Shown here: in pieces, positions 33,753 through 43,388 of the stretch
How the letters are laid out: every line of letters begins with the position of its first letter
Position numbering within the stretch: position 1 is the stretch's first letter
Virus record (IMG/VR): IMGVR_UViG_3300014656_000044
Location: 1-44,285 of that record
Strand: one strand, 5' to 3'
DNA: 44,285 nt
From: a virus
Taxonomy: Duplodnaviria; Caudoviricetes
Notes under the pieces: generated by a model
Seen by the model: only the letters and a program-made list of their open reading frames with translations
What the model was told of the DNA's origin: nothing
The model's database searches: none
Program-made: the position numbers and the translations under genes

Positions 33753-34231
33753 TTTATCGCCTCATTTAAGGGCCTGTAGCCGTTCGCCCATAGCCAAGTA
33801 GCCGGACTCGATAGCCTGACAATCAGCACAGGCAAAATGCAAACTATCTTAGATGTCTCCGTAACTATGAGGTTATTCAGTGTTTTGACCTCTCTGAATC
33901 GTCTGGACTCAATGGAATAGATATTGTAGGTCTTGCCATCCTTTGTCCATTGCGGAGGATTGGAGTCAAGTAATGTCTGTATTTTTCCGGTTAGTCCCCA
34001 TTTTTTTATCGTAGCTGCCGCCGCATTAAATTTACTGACATCCGACAAATAGCAATCAAATATGATCTGCTCATCCTTGGTCAGTTTCCGTGCAACGCCC
34101 CATTCATCAACTGGATCCACAAATACAGGAGCAACAGGAGGAGCCTCAATTACCACAAGAACATAATCTCCGGCCCGGGCCGGACATGCCAAGGCGATCA
34201 AGAGGAACACGGATAGAATCAATGTTTTCAT
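33749..34231 (-). CDS. Signal-peptide hypothetical protein
   Basis: MKTLILSVFLLIALACPARA. Confidence 0.7.
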   Translation of the reverse strand: MKTLILSVFLLIALACPARAGDYVLVVIEAPPVAPVFVDPVDEWGVARKLTKDEQIIFDCYLSDVSKFNAAAATIKKWGLTGKIQTLLDSNPPQWTKDGKTYNIYSIESRRFREVKTLNNLIVTETSKIVCILPVLIVRLSSPATWLWANGYRPLNEAIK

Positions 34232-34232
34232 G

Positions 34233-34904
34233 TTAGTACCTGTAAATTATCATATATGGACTGACATCTGAATAAGGCGTTGCAGTCGGTTCCAGTCCAA
34301 AATGAAGTTCTCTTGAAGCATCGGCATCCGTCACCCGCCATTCACTGTAAAACCCGTAAATTGACGACACGGACGTGTTGACTCCGTGATAGTATTGCAG
34401 GGCTGTAGTCGTAACCCCGCTCTGACCCCCATGTACCCAAGGATCATCGGTAATGACCACCGTTTCATCGGTTCCCCCGGTCAGTCTTAACTTTCCATCT
34501 TTTACCAATCCGGTCGTATCGGCCAACGGTAGTGTCGTGCCGCTCACACCGACTGCATTGGATAAATAACTTAGAAGGAGGCTAAAGCTAAAGGGGTTGC
34601 CGTACCGGTAGGTATCGGATTGATCGTCGGTCGTGAAACGCCTTAGTTTCCAAAGTTCATAGCTCGTTGTGCTTGATAGGGGGTCCGGTATCCAGACTTC
34701 AAAATAGGCTATGGCGGTGTTATTCTTCGAGACTACAATATCAGCATATTGAGCTGTCGTATCCGAAAAGGTTGTGAACTGCTTTGTGCTTGTTTGAAGA
34801 TCCGGGGTTGGACCTACACCAAATATTATAGGCCCTCGTCCAAACGATATTGAAGCCCACAAGGCGAGGGCAGTAAATAGCAAAATACCTGTAAATCGTT
34901 TCAT
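34233..34904 (-). CDS. Signal-peptide beta-rich protein
   Basis: MKRFTGILLFTALALWASISFG; Thr/Ser-rich. Confidence 0.7.
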   Translation of the reverse strand: MKRFTGILLFTALALWASISFGRGPIIFGVGPTPDLQTSTKQFTTFSDTTAQYADIVVSKNNTAIAYFEVWIPDPLSSTTSYELWKLRRFTTDDQSDTYRYGNPFSFSLLLSYLSNAVGVSGTTLPLADTTGLVKDGKLRLTGGTDETVVITDDPWVHGGQSGVTTTALQYYHGVNTSVSSIYGFYSEWRVTDADASRELHFGLEPTATPYSDVSPYMIIYRY

Positions 34905-34914
34905 AGCTTACCCC

Positions 34915-35421
34915 TTATTTGTAGCCGTAAAAGATCACAATACCACTCGCACCGGACACGGCATTGTTCAGCACCTGCATTGTCACACCTGAACCCTTGT
35001 CCGGCCACATATAGTATGACCCGAAGATTCCATTTGCGGAGTCAAGGCATATGATGCTGGTTTCTGTGGTTGATGTATCACGGTTTAATCCGGCACCCCC
35101 CAGCACATCATTGCCATGCTCGATATCGTACAGGTAGATATCATAGTTATCGGTTGGAGCGGTGACTCCACTCGGATCGGTCATAATCATCCATAAATAA
35201 TAACCCGTAAGCCCGGATATCTGAGCCTCAGTCACATCACCGCCTGTATTGGCTGTCCAGGTCACCTCTAACACAACCGTTTGATCCGTGTGGTTGTAGT
35301 AGGGTTTCTCCTGCGTTATCCCGGCCCCTATCGTATCCGCCACATTGGTAAAAATGATCCCAAAAGCGCAAAGGAGCGCCATGGCAATAACAACGGCTTT
35401 CTTCATTAAGTTTCGCATCAT
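34915..35421 (-). CDS. Signal-peptide beta-rich protein
   Basis: MKKAVVIAMALLCAFG; APTDNYDIYL.D..G.DVLGGAG.NR. Confidence 0.72.
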   Translation of the reverse strand: MMRNLMKKAVVIAMALLCAFGIIFTNVADTIGAGITQEKPYYNHTDQTVVLEVTWTANTGGDVTEAQISGLTGYYLWMIMTDPSGVTAPTDNYDIYLYDIEHGNDVLGGAGLNRDTSTTETSIICLDSANGIFGSYYMWPDKGSGVTMQVLNNAVSGASGIVIFYGYK

Positions 35422-35438
35422 AGTTCTCCTTCTGTGAT

Positions 35439-35636
35439 CTAGGACCCCGGACTAGCCTTCTTGTCCTTGTTGACGATCTTTGCTAGGAGCATCTTGAGGA
35501 AGCTGATGATCACATTATCGTATTTACCGATCTCTAATTTCCCTATCTTGAAATCCTTCGGGGTCGCGGCCGCCACTTGGTCCAGAATCCACAAAACAAA
35601 AACGATCTCCAGGTAATGCGTGATGATCCAGTCCAT
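35439..35636 (-). CDS. Small membrane protein (holin-like)
   Basis: MDWIITHY start, TM segments, basic tail; near the endolysin. Confidence 0.55.
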   Translation of the reverse strand: MDWIITHYLEIVFVLWILDQVAAATPKDFKIGKLEIGKYDNVIISFLKMLLAKIVNKDKKASPGS

Positions 35637-35648
35637 GACTTATCTCCT

Positions 35649-35918
35649 TTAATCGGTATGTACCGGGAATAAAAGAACGGCCAAACCGTCAACCAGAAAA
35701 CTTATAATCGGCATGATAACCATCTTGATCTTCGACCATGTTTCTTTTTGTCCCCCGGTAGAGGATATGATAAGACCGTTTATAATGGTGTTGATAACGA
35801 GCATTACCGAATCCTTTTTCTGTGGCCCACTTTTCGGTTCCTTGAAAAGATCTTCCGCCGCTCTAATAAGCCCAATTATAATAGTTATCATCTGCGATAC
35901 TATTACAAATGTTTCCAT
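35649..35918 (-). CDS. Membrane protein (holin-like)
   Basis: GAGGAGG RBS; AEDLF..PKSGPQKK; hydrophobic segments. Confidence 0.55.
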   Translation of the reverse strand: METFVIVSQMITIIIGLIRAAEDLFKEPKSGPQKKDSVMLVINTIINGLIISSTGGQKETWSKIKMVIMPIISFLVDGLAVLLFPVHTD

Positions 35919-35929
35919 GTGGTCCTCCT

Positions 35930-36238
35930 CTATCCATTCCATTGAATGTGAATATGATCCGCCTCAAGCAATACTGCGTACTCATCACCTAATCTGTTCT
36001 GTATTCGCGTCACCCATGACGTTATTCGATTTTCGATAGGGAAGTCCCTAATCCTAAAGTCGATGGCCTTCCCGGTTAAATGTTTCGACCTATCCGAATG
36101 GTTTCCTTCACATCCGGATGTTATCGTCACTTCGTAGCCATTCGGAGCAAGCAACTGAGCTTGAAACACAATGCGCCACATCTCAGGGTACATGAATGTT
36201 TTGTGGCTGAACCGAACCCCTGGCTTAACCTTAATCAT
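35930..36238 (-). CDS. Peptidase M15-family endolysin
   Basis: ITSG...SKHLTGKAIDFR...DHIHIQW. Confidence 0.85.
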   Translation of the reverse strand: MIKVKPGVRFSHKTFMYPEMWRIVFQAQLLAPNGYEVTITSGCEGNHSDRSKHLTGKAIDFRIRDFPIENRITSWVTRIQNRLGDEYAVLLEADHIHIQWNG

Positions 36239-36581
36239 TGCCGTCCCGCTGTTTCATGGCTTCAATAACCCCGAACCGGATCTGCTTGCCGTTGATGGCA
36301 TCAACTATCCTTTTCTCGGATTCCTTGATGGTTTTGGAAACATGCTCCATCATTTCCAGGCTTACGATCTTACACAAATCCGTATGTTTATCTCCGGTCA
36401 AGTATTCCTCTTTCAGCCTTTTGGCCATGCTATCCATAGTCTCTTTAGTTTCCTTGGCAGTCTGATCAATATCCTTCTTGTTCCGGGCCGTTGCAGAGGT
36501 GAATTTACCCCATGCAACGCCCCATCCTGCTATGGCCATTAAGATCCCGAACAGTATCGAAAGAAACCAGAAGAAATCCAT
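36231..36581 (-). CDS. N-terminally anchored membrane protein (lysis region)
   Basis: TM helix followed by a charged helical domain. Confidence 0.6.
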   Translation of the reverse strand: MDFFWFLSILFGILMAIAGWGVAWGKFTSATARNKKDIDQTAKETKETMDSMAKRLKEEYLTGDKHTDLCKIVSLEMMEHVSKTIKESEKRIVDAINGKQIRFGVIEAMKQRDGND

Positions 36582-36601
36582 AACAACCCTTGCCTTAGTG
36601 G

Positions 36602-37756
36602 TTATCGATTACCGCGCCACAGTTCCGCTCTATTAACGGTCATTGTGGAAGGAGTCGTGTCCGTCCCGACATATAACCCAAAGTACGTTACCCCGCTCAT
36701 ATCCCAGGTTGTATCGGTATAGTTTACATATATGGAGGTTCCACTTACGGACAGATAACCATTCCACTTCTGGGCCGCATCGGTGGCGTTATACATGGTT
36801 ATTTCGGCGTTAAAATCTCCGGCCTGGGCTCTATCGGGAGTTACGAGAGTAAATAATGTTACGCCACTGCCATCCCTTACATTTCCTGAGATTATGCACG
36901 CCCTCTTAAGGCTTGCAGTTCCAGCTATCGTTCCGGTTACTTTCCAGGTGAACACATCCCCCGGATTGATGCTATTGTAGGAGGCGTCAAGATTCCCGCT
37001 GGCATTTATACCGGTTACCGTGTAGATAGACACCCCGGCTATATTCGACACACCGGAATTGCACGTCACATATGTATTGATGTCCTGTTTTACAAAATCA
37101 CTCTCATCATCAACCACCCAGTAGCAGGTCGTCCCTGAATTGGCATACTCGACCCGGAGCGTCACGAAATTATTGTTGCCATAAATCGTGTACATATTAG
37201 CGGTATTTCCGCTGGGAAGCCGTATTTCATCAGTGGCCCCGGAAACCCCTGTTGCATAAGCGATGAGGTGCACCATCATATGTGGTTGGCTCAAGGTGAC
37301 ACCGGATTTCCGCCGGAATGTCCGTGACGAACCATGCATATCTTGGGTAATCGGTGGCAATGTAAATGTGGTCGAATAGGTACTGCCGCTAACCTCAATG
37401 AGACTCGGGTCGCCTGAAGTCAGCAAAGTGGGGCTGGCTCCGGATACGGTGTACTCTCCAAGCGTTATACCAACTAGGCTATCATTCCAAACTTGTCCGG
37501 TATTGCGTACTATCCCATTATTGGTAACGCCAGAATTGTTTGTCGTTTTCCGATCATTGAGGAAATCAGTACCAGCTTCCCCCCACCTATCGATGGAGAA
37601 GTGGAGATGCTTGCCGGTGAAATGCATATCCTCGTCAGGAATTTCGACCGCCTGAACGAAAATCCCGTAACCAATCCCGAAAGTCAGCAGCAAGACGCAA
37701 AATATAACAATCGGGTCCTTGATGTTTTTGATTAAAAAGTCCTTGAATTTTTTCAT
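36602..37756 (-). CDS. Signal-peptide beta-rich, SGVT-rich protein (putative virion appendage)
   Basis: Signal ending VQA; TFTLP motif; about 10 SG[VAST][TS] motifs. Confidence 0.7.
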   Translation of the reverse strand: MKKFKDFLIKNIKDPIVIFCVLLLTFGIGYGIFVQAVEIPDEDMHFTGKHLHFSIDRWGEAGTDFLNDRKTTNNSGVTNNGIVRNTGQVWNDSLVGITLGEYTVSGASPTLLTSGDPSLIEVSGSTYSTTFTLPPITQDMHGSSRTFRRKSGVTLSQPHMMVHLIAYATGVSGATDEIRLPSGNTANMYTIYGNNNFVTLRVEYANSGTTCYWVVDDESDFVKQDINTYVTCNSGVSNIAGVSIYTVTGINASGNLDASYNSINPGDVFTWKVTGTIAGTASLKRACIISGNVRDGSGVTLFTLVTPDRAQAGDFNAEITMYNATDAAQKWNGYLSVSGTSIYVNYTDTTWDMSGVTYFGLYVGTDTTPSTMTVNRAELWRGNR

Positions 37757-37772
37757 GGGTGAGCCCTCCGTA

Positions 37773-38063
37773 TCAATCGATTCTAAAGTTTTCTGTTGTC
37801 ATATCGTTATCCGGGATTTCAGTCGGGACAACCCCAGCTAAAGCCTTTATCACATCTGGTAAGGTTCCTTCTGAATAGGTTCCGAGTTTGGTCAATATCG
37901 CTACTCCGAGATTATGGGCGGCTATCATTGCCGGGTCATCGATGCTGAGCGGTTCCCCCATGTGACACATTTCCAGAATATCGCCCAGGACCTCCTGACC
38001 CATGGAGCTTAGGAGAAACAGCATCCGGTACTTGGCCCTCAGTTCCGCTTCTTCATTTGTCAT
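37773..38063 (-). CDS. Bbp19-like protein
   Basis: YRMLF..SMGQEVLGDILEMCH; downstream of the portal. Confidence 0.6.
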   Translation of the reverse strand: MTNEEAELRAKYRMLFLLSSMGQEVLGDILEMCHMGEPLSIDDPAMIAAHNLGVAILTKLGTYSEGTLPDVIKALAGVVPTEIPDNDMTTENFRID

Positions 38064-38088
38064 TTCACTTCCCTATTGCACATGCTTG

Positions 38089-38274
38089 TCATGCATTAGT
38101 GTACGTTTCCCCCTGGTCGCCTTTTAGACTTGTCTTTGCGTTGAATGACCAGCCCCCATGCAGACAATCATGCTTTGGATCAAGCTCACGGTACAGTTCC
38201 GGGGTCCATTTAATATTAGTTGTATATGAAGTTCCACATCTTTGGCATACCACCTCGAACCGTTGCTCTCCCAT
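38089..38274 (-). CDS. Small CxxC protein
   Basis: AGGGGAG RBS; CQRC. Confidence 0.5.
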   Translation of the reverse strand: MGEQRFEVVCQRCGTSYTTNIKWTPELYRELDPKHDCLHGGWSFNAKTSLKGDQGETYTNA

Positions 38275-38389
38275 GTTTACTCCCTCTTTTCCTTTTCGAG
38301 TTGCTTATCATGTTTCCAGGCTAACCATCCGCAGAAGATCCACCAGCAAATCAGGAAGACGCCAAAATATACAGGTGTTGGAATGTCCA

Positions 38390-40132
38390 TTATGCCTCAC
38401 CTCCAACGCCCATCAACTCACCCAATGGACTCCCTTCGTCCGGTGCTGTCCCGGCCGCCGGGATCGCCTTAGCCCCTTCCAACATCATCGCCTTCGCTTC
38501 GTCTTCCTGCTCCTGTTCTTGCCTAATGCGTCTGATCTCGGCAACATCGTCATCATCCCTGATGTCCTTCGATGGGAACCCGTGGGCTTCCATGATGTCC
38601 TTGGTTGTCTCATCCACCTTTATGACGTCCTTTGACTCCGGGAATAGATCGAACATGATTGAAGCCGCATCAAGACCGGAGATTATCCCCTGGGCTCTAA
38701 ATAGTTTTTTTTGTGCTTGAGCCATCGGGCCAACGTAATCAACCTCAAGGGCTGACCCGGCATATTCCAGGAGGATATCAGGCGGAGGCGGTATCCGCCC
38801 CGCTCTCTGCTCAATGGCGAAGCATCGGTCATGAAGTGGATTCATTGCCTCCGATTCCATATGGCCTATCCGTGGCCCGAGAATCGCCGCCTTCTCCGCT
38901 TGCATCTCCAGGATTTGAACCACCTTCAATTCCGGGCCACCGCGGGCAGCCTGTGTTGTCAGCATCAGGAAAAAGTCGACGTGGAAGTTCTCACGGATCT
39001 TCCGGTCGAACCGCTCCTGCATCTCGATACTATAGGGAAGCTGCAGACCGTCAAGCAATGGCCGTGGAACATTATCCTTTGTGATACCACCATCCATCCA
39101 GGTCCAACCCCGTGCCTCTCGATTGATCTTGCCCCTCAGAGCCTTCGGTCCTACCATCGGTGGGTCCGTCATTTTCTGACCGGCCTTGATGTTTGAACGC
39201 CCGGCCTGATTAGCGGTCATGATGTCAATATACGAATCCCAGGCCCAGGATCGGCCATACCATTCATCGCTGTTCTTCCGCCATCTCCAGGTAAAACCCG
39301 GGTCATCATCGAATCCTGACTCAAGTAAGATACTGGTTCGCTTATCCTTCAACAGCCACATCGAAGCAATTCCCTTGTTCTTGGCATCCAGCCGGCCAAA
39401 CTCAATATCACGCCGTGGATATGTGGCGTGGATGATCTCCTGTTGTTCGTATGGATTCTTCTCCAGCTTGCTCTTGAATTCAGGTATTGCCTTCTCGCAC
39501 TTCTCAAGTCCGAACTTCTGCTCCATTTGCCGGAGACTCAGATCATATACCCGGTATCTGGTATCGACCTTTCCATCGGCGTTCTCGGCAATATACATCT
39601 CTCTGAAATGCGGGACGGTGAAGACCAGGCGACCTTCCGCGATATTCTCCTCGATGATGACCGAAACGGTTCCCGGCCCCATTGCATCTCTTACGATGTC
39701 AGATGCCACGTCATAGAGATTGGAACGGAGGAACGCGGCGTACATTACTTCTTCGGCGGATTCCAGCCAGTTCTTAACATCAGGGTATTCGTCCATCCTT
39801 TTCCCGGTCCATGCTCTCATGCCGGAGGTCCGGGGAAAGTTGAACTTGCCGGGTAATGTGTAATTGTACCATCTGAATGACTTCGAGATCGTGTACCCGG
39901 CAAGCCCATCGCTTGATAGGTTCATCGACTGCAATGCCGTTCCGTCATAGACCTCTGCCCCGGTCTTGTTGCCCCTCATATGCCTGTTATCAACGATCTT
40001 CCGTCTGCCGTGATAGACATAGGTGAAGATGTTATCAATCATCGCCTCGTATGGTTGCCTGATCCGGGCAAGCTCCCCTAGAGCGTCCCTGCAATGCTTG
40101 GCTTTCTCTTCATCTGATGTTTTGTCAGGCAT
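38390..40132 (-). CDS. Portal (head-tail connector) protein, T7 gp8/Bbp21-like
   Basis: YDGTA, SNLY, RW....E.YGRS, LGP.IG..ESE...P, YVGPMAQAQK. Confidence 0.9.
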   Translation of the reverse strand: MPDKTSDEEKAKHCRDALGELARIRQPYEAMIDNIFTYVYHGRRKIVDNRHMRGNKTGAEVYDGTALQSMNLSSDGLAGYTISKSFRWYNYTLPGKFNFPRTSGMRAWTGKRMDEYPDVKNWLESAEEVMYAAFLRSNLYDVASDIVRDAMGPGTVSVIIEENIAEGRLVFTVPHFREMYIAENADGKVDTRYRVYDLSLRQMEQKFGLEKCEKAIPEFKSKLEKNPYEQQEIIHATYPRRDIEFGRLDAKNKGIASMWLLKDKRTSILLESGFDDDPGFTWRWRKNSDEWYGRSWAWDSYIDIMTANQAGRSNIKAGQKMTDPPMVGPKALRGKINREARGWTWMDGGITKDNVPRPLLDGLQLPYSIEMQERFDRKIRENFHVDFFLMLTTQAARGGPELKVVQILEMQAEKAAILGPRIGHMESEAMNPLHDRCFAIEQRAGRIPPPPDILLEYAGSALEVDYVGPMAQAQKKLFRAQGIISGLDAASIMFDLFPESKDVIKVDETTKDIMEAHGFPSKDIRDDDDVAEIRRIRQEQEQEDEAKAMMLEGAKAIPAAGTAPDEGSPLGELMGVGGEA

Positions 40133-40317
40133 TACTTAACCCTTCTACGACTACCATCGGACGCAATATAATAATGAATATCCCCATTGTAATCGGTAAA
40201 CCTTGCTCCTGGCTTTCGAAATTCAGGCTTTAAAACCCTTACGGATCTCAACCTCTGGTTGATCCTTGCGGTCTGTTCTTGCTTCTTCTCTTTCCATGTT
40301 TTTTCGGGTATCGGCAT
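40132..40317 (-). CDS. Hypothetical protein
   Basis: Coupled to the portal start. Confidence 0.55.
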   Translation of the reverse strand: MPIPEKTWKEKKQEQTARINQRLRSVRVLKPEFRKPGARFTDYNGDIHYYIASDGSRRRVK

Positions 40318-40319
40318 CC

Positions 40320-40640
40320 TTACCCCAAGGTTGTCTTCAATGTCTTATCAATAGGACGATCGAGTTGCCTTCCGGCTCGAATCGTCCCATGTCGGAAGGA
40401 TCTGTGTTTGGCTAACCTCTTGGCCTCAGTTTTTGCGGCCTCTCTCAGCCTATATGTATTGGCACCCTCTGCTATACTGGTGCCATGCGCTCTCATATAT
40501 TCCTGCTCTTCCAACGGGGTTATATTGGATAGATTACCAGATGCAACCCTACCCTCCGCTGATGCTAGGATAGAGGCATACGATGGATCACCTGACTTTG
40601 GTGATTTGTCTGGCTTTAAGGCGCTCATGCTAATTTCCAC
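40320..40640 (-). CDS. Small virion-associated protein upstream of the portal
   Basis: Ends KTTLG, a tail common at this position in this phage type. Confidence 0.5.
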   Translation of the reverse strand: MEISMSALKPDKSPKSGDPSYASILASAEGRVASGNLSNITPLEEQEYMRAHGTSIAEGANTYRLREAAKTEAKRLAKHRSFRHGTIRAGRQLDRPIDKTLKTTLG

Positions 40641-40866
40641 CCACCAACAATACCGATGGTTTGATCGCCTTGGCTTTAGCCTTATCCTTTGCTATTAGCG
40701 CGGACCCCATTGCATTGACCAAGATCTTTAGTATTGTGTCCGTGTCAGCCACGCCTTTCAATATCAAACCCTGCTTACCCGTCATATCCGGCGCGAGAAC
40801 TGTGATCGTGAGTTCGTAATCAATCGGTCTCCCGAATATTTCGTCAATCTTTCTCTCTTGGCTCAT
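40630..40866 (-). CDS. Hypothetical protein
   Basis: AAGGAGG RBS. Confidence 0.6.
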   Translation of the reverse strand: MSQERKIDEIFGRPIDYELTITVLAPDMTGKQGLILKGVADTDTILKILVNAMGSALIAKDKAKAKAIKPSVLLVGGN

Positions 40867-40878
40867 TGATTCCTCCTT

Positions 40879-42528
40879 TCATCCAATCCGAAATGGGTTA
40901 TCCTCATCCGGCCCTTGCTCATCATTCAACCCGAAGGTTAATGGGTCATAGTTCTCTTCATGGCCCCGCATAATATCGAGGAACACCGCCTCCTTGACCG
41001 TGTTGATACTGCAATACACAACCGCGTCCCCCTTATCCGGGGACCTCCCCAGTGCCCTGCTGGTTTTGTGGAGTCGTGGCCCGTGGATGATCTGCTCCTT
41101 GCTCTCAATCTGTATCCCCTGGGGCGTCAAAAACCATGTTGGAGCGCACAAATCCGCTTTCAGTTCTTGATCCGGGGGCAGGGCGATATTGGCCCCGGTC
41201 TTGGGGTCCAGGGTTTCCCGGAACTGCCACCATATCTGAGCACGGTAGTTCCGGAACTTGAGGCTCCTAGTCGCCTTATCCAATGCCCCTGGTTCCGGGC
41301 CGCCGGCACCATTGACCGCGATGACCTGGACTTCATTGCTCTTGAGATGATCATAGGTCGAGGCCCCTATGCCGATGATATCAACATGTATCGGAGCCCG
41401 GTCCCTGATGCATGATATTGCTACCCCGGCACTACTCGCCCCATCCGGGGTAGCCGCTCCCGGGAATACTGATAGCCTGTCATACCAATTACCATATCGA
41501 GTTGACACGATGGTCTGATCCGATCCACCTCGGGCCACGTCCAGGCCGCAGGATGTCATATCAGGCTCGATCCGGCCCTCATGGATTTTGGTCTTGCCCT
41601 CCGGCTCCCACCGGGCCATGGCCGCCTCAACCCAGGCCGTGGGAATCACCTGCCATACGCTATCCTCGACACCGGCGGTGAAATCACCATGGAGCATTTG
41701 AGACCGTAACGGCTCGGGTAGTGCCTGTAGGATAGACTGATAGCCTGTAGCCATCAGGAAAACATTGTCCTGAACTTTGGATGGGATGAAGGTCCTGGAT
41801 AGGGGTTGGATGATCTCGCCGTCACGCCGGAAAGGGGACCCATCTTTACATTCAACATCTTTGCCACCAATCGTTGTGTACCAGCGTAGCTCTCCCGGTT
41901 CGGCCGGATGAGGGTGGCTTTTGTCCAACCACGCGCCCCAGTACCTTGTAACCCACTGCCCCTCCTCATTTGTCGGGGGATTGCCGGTACACACTATCCG
42001 TGTCCGCTGGGCGGGGTTTTGCGCGTCCCGTAACCAGCCGCACAAAAACCTGAATTGAGACTCGAGGAAATGGGTGATCTCGTCGAACCCCTTGAGATCG
42101 CTATTGTGGCCCTGGAACTTGATCTCGTCACCGGCATCTTTGCAGCTGTGGAATCTAATTTGATGACCACCATTCTGCCAGGTGGCCTTTTGCCCGTTCC
42201 AATGCCGACGAGAATGTAGAATCTCATCCAGCAGGCGGTTGATCATTGAGATGTTCTGCACGCCCTCCCGGCGGAATAACATTGATATGCGATGTGAGGT
42301 GAGCGCGAGGCCCAGGAGTAGGTCGGTTTTGCCGCCACCTGCTGACCCTCCGTAATAGAGAATGTCGGCCGGCGACTGATAGGCATCGGTTTGGGGACCG
42401 GGTTGCGGCACCCAGATGGGAGTGTTGGATGATAAGAGCTCGTTGATCTCTGCCCGTTCATCTTCTGTGAGGCAATCGATGAGGCTGGCTATCTCGCTAA
42501 TTTTATGTGCCGCTGTCTCCATTGCCAT
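40879..42528 (-). CDS. terL: Terminase large subunit
   Basis: YGGSAGGGKT (Walker A), GFDEITHF (Walker B), TGNP, GLDVARGG.D, RSPDKGDA. Confidence 0.93.
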   Translation of the reverse strand: MAMETAAHKISEIASLIDCLTEDERAEINELLSSNTPIWVPQPGPQTDAYQSPADILYYGGSAGGGKTDLLLGLALTSHRISMLFRREGVQNISMINRLLDEILHSRRHWNGQKATWQNGGHQIRFHSCKDAGDEIKFQGHNSDLKGFDEITHFLESQFRFLCGWLRDAQNPAQRTRIVCTGNPPTNEEGQWVTRYWGAWLDKSHPHPAEPGELRWYTTIGGKDVECKDGSPFRRDGEIIQPLSRTFIPSKVQDNVFLMATGYQSILQALPEPLRSQMLHGDFTAGVEDSVWQVIPTAWVEAAMARWEPEGKTKIHEGRIEPDMTSCGLDVARGGSDQTIVSTRYGNWYDRLSVFPGAATPDGASSAGVAISCIRDRAPIHVDIIGIGASTYDHLKSNEVQVIAVNGAGGPEPGALDKATRSLKFRNYRAQIWWQFRETLDPKTGANIALPPDQELKADLCAPTWFLTPQGIQIESKEQIIHGPRLHKTSRALGRSPDKGDAVVYCSINTVKEAVFLDIMRGHEENYDPLTFGLNDEQGPDEDNPFRIG

Positions 42529-42946
42529 CCTTCCGGGCTTTGGCCTCGGTCAATAGGTATAGCAGTTTGGTTGCTGCCTCCAGGCTGGTCAGGCCGATTG
42601 CCTGTGGAATGCCATTTTTGTCGGGGAATTGATGCTGTGACGGCATGTAGTGCCCGAGCATTTTCTGGGCCTCGATTCTGGCTCGTTGCCTGATCGGCCA
42701 GTTGACCTCATCCCATTGGATGATGGTCTCCTCACTATTGCCACCGACTATCCTGGATCCGGATGTAGATGATAATTGATGCGGCTGGACCTTGCCTCTG
42801 ACCTTGATCGTTTTGGTTTCAGTTGCGCCCAGCTCACGCACCAAAAGCTCGACCCATCGTTTCATGGTCAAGCCGTGCTTCCTGCATGCCCGCTCGACTA
42901 GATCAGGCCCATTCATTTCGGCCAGAGTCACTACAGGTTTAGTCAT
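42503..42946 (-). CDS. Terminase small subunit (putative)
   Basis: Overlaps the terL start; helical, RIEAQKMLG. Confidence 0.55.
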   Translation of the reverse strand: MTKPVVTLAEMNGPDLVERACRKHGLTMKRWVELLVRELGATETKTIKVRGKVQPHQLSSTSGSRIVGGNSEETIIQWDEVNWPIRQRARIEAQKMLGHYMPSQHQFPDKNGIPQAIGLTSLEAATKLLYLLTEAKARKDGNGDSGT

Positions 42947-43133
42947 TCTATCACTAAATCACATTAAAATGATCTTGTCAAATCCGGAGTCTCGTAAAAT
43001 CCCATATGGGAGTCTCACGTTTTTGGGGTACCGTTCAGTTTTTGAGCACCCAAAAAGTGCATATAAAAACAGAGATTTATGCATTTAGTTTCACAAAAAC
43101 CCCACTTTTTTTAAAAAACAGTGAAAAAAAAGC

Positions 43134-43162
43134 TTGACATGTACGTAAATAGCGTATATATT
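43134..43162 (+). promoter_or_regulatory. Strong early sigma70 promoter
   Basis: A-tract UP element, TTGACA-17 bp-TATATT. Confidence 0.8.
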
Positions 43163-43197
43163 GTAATTAACAATAACATTTAATAGGAGGGATTGAG

Positions 43198-43329
43198 ATG
43201 ATGTTTCGATGCTGGTTCCAGGAGCTAATCCATCTGGGAAATATGGAAGATATCTACAATGATGTAACCTGCGATATTTTTGACATAACCCTGTTATCAT
43301 TATCGGATATCGCAAAATGGATCGTTTAA
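43198..43329 (+). CDS. 43-aa early hypothetical protein
   Basis: AGGAGG RBS. Confidence 0.5.
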   Translation: MMFRCWFQELIHLGNMEDIYNDVTCDIFDITLLSLSDIAKWIV

Positions 43330-43350
43330 ATCACGAGGCCAACTAATTCC

Positions 43351-43381
43351 GGGGGCCGCGCATCCTACACGCGGGAAAGGA
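43351..43381 (+). repeat. 31-bp early-gene leader repeat, copy 1
   Basis: Identical copy; ATG 43389 follows. Confidence 0.95.
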
Positions 43382-43388
43382 TAAAAAA

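Noticed and set aside
18931-42946. Alternative genetic code or stop-codon recoding
   Set aside because: Structural genes are full length and tightly coupled under the standard code
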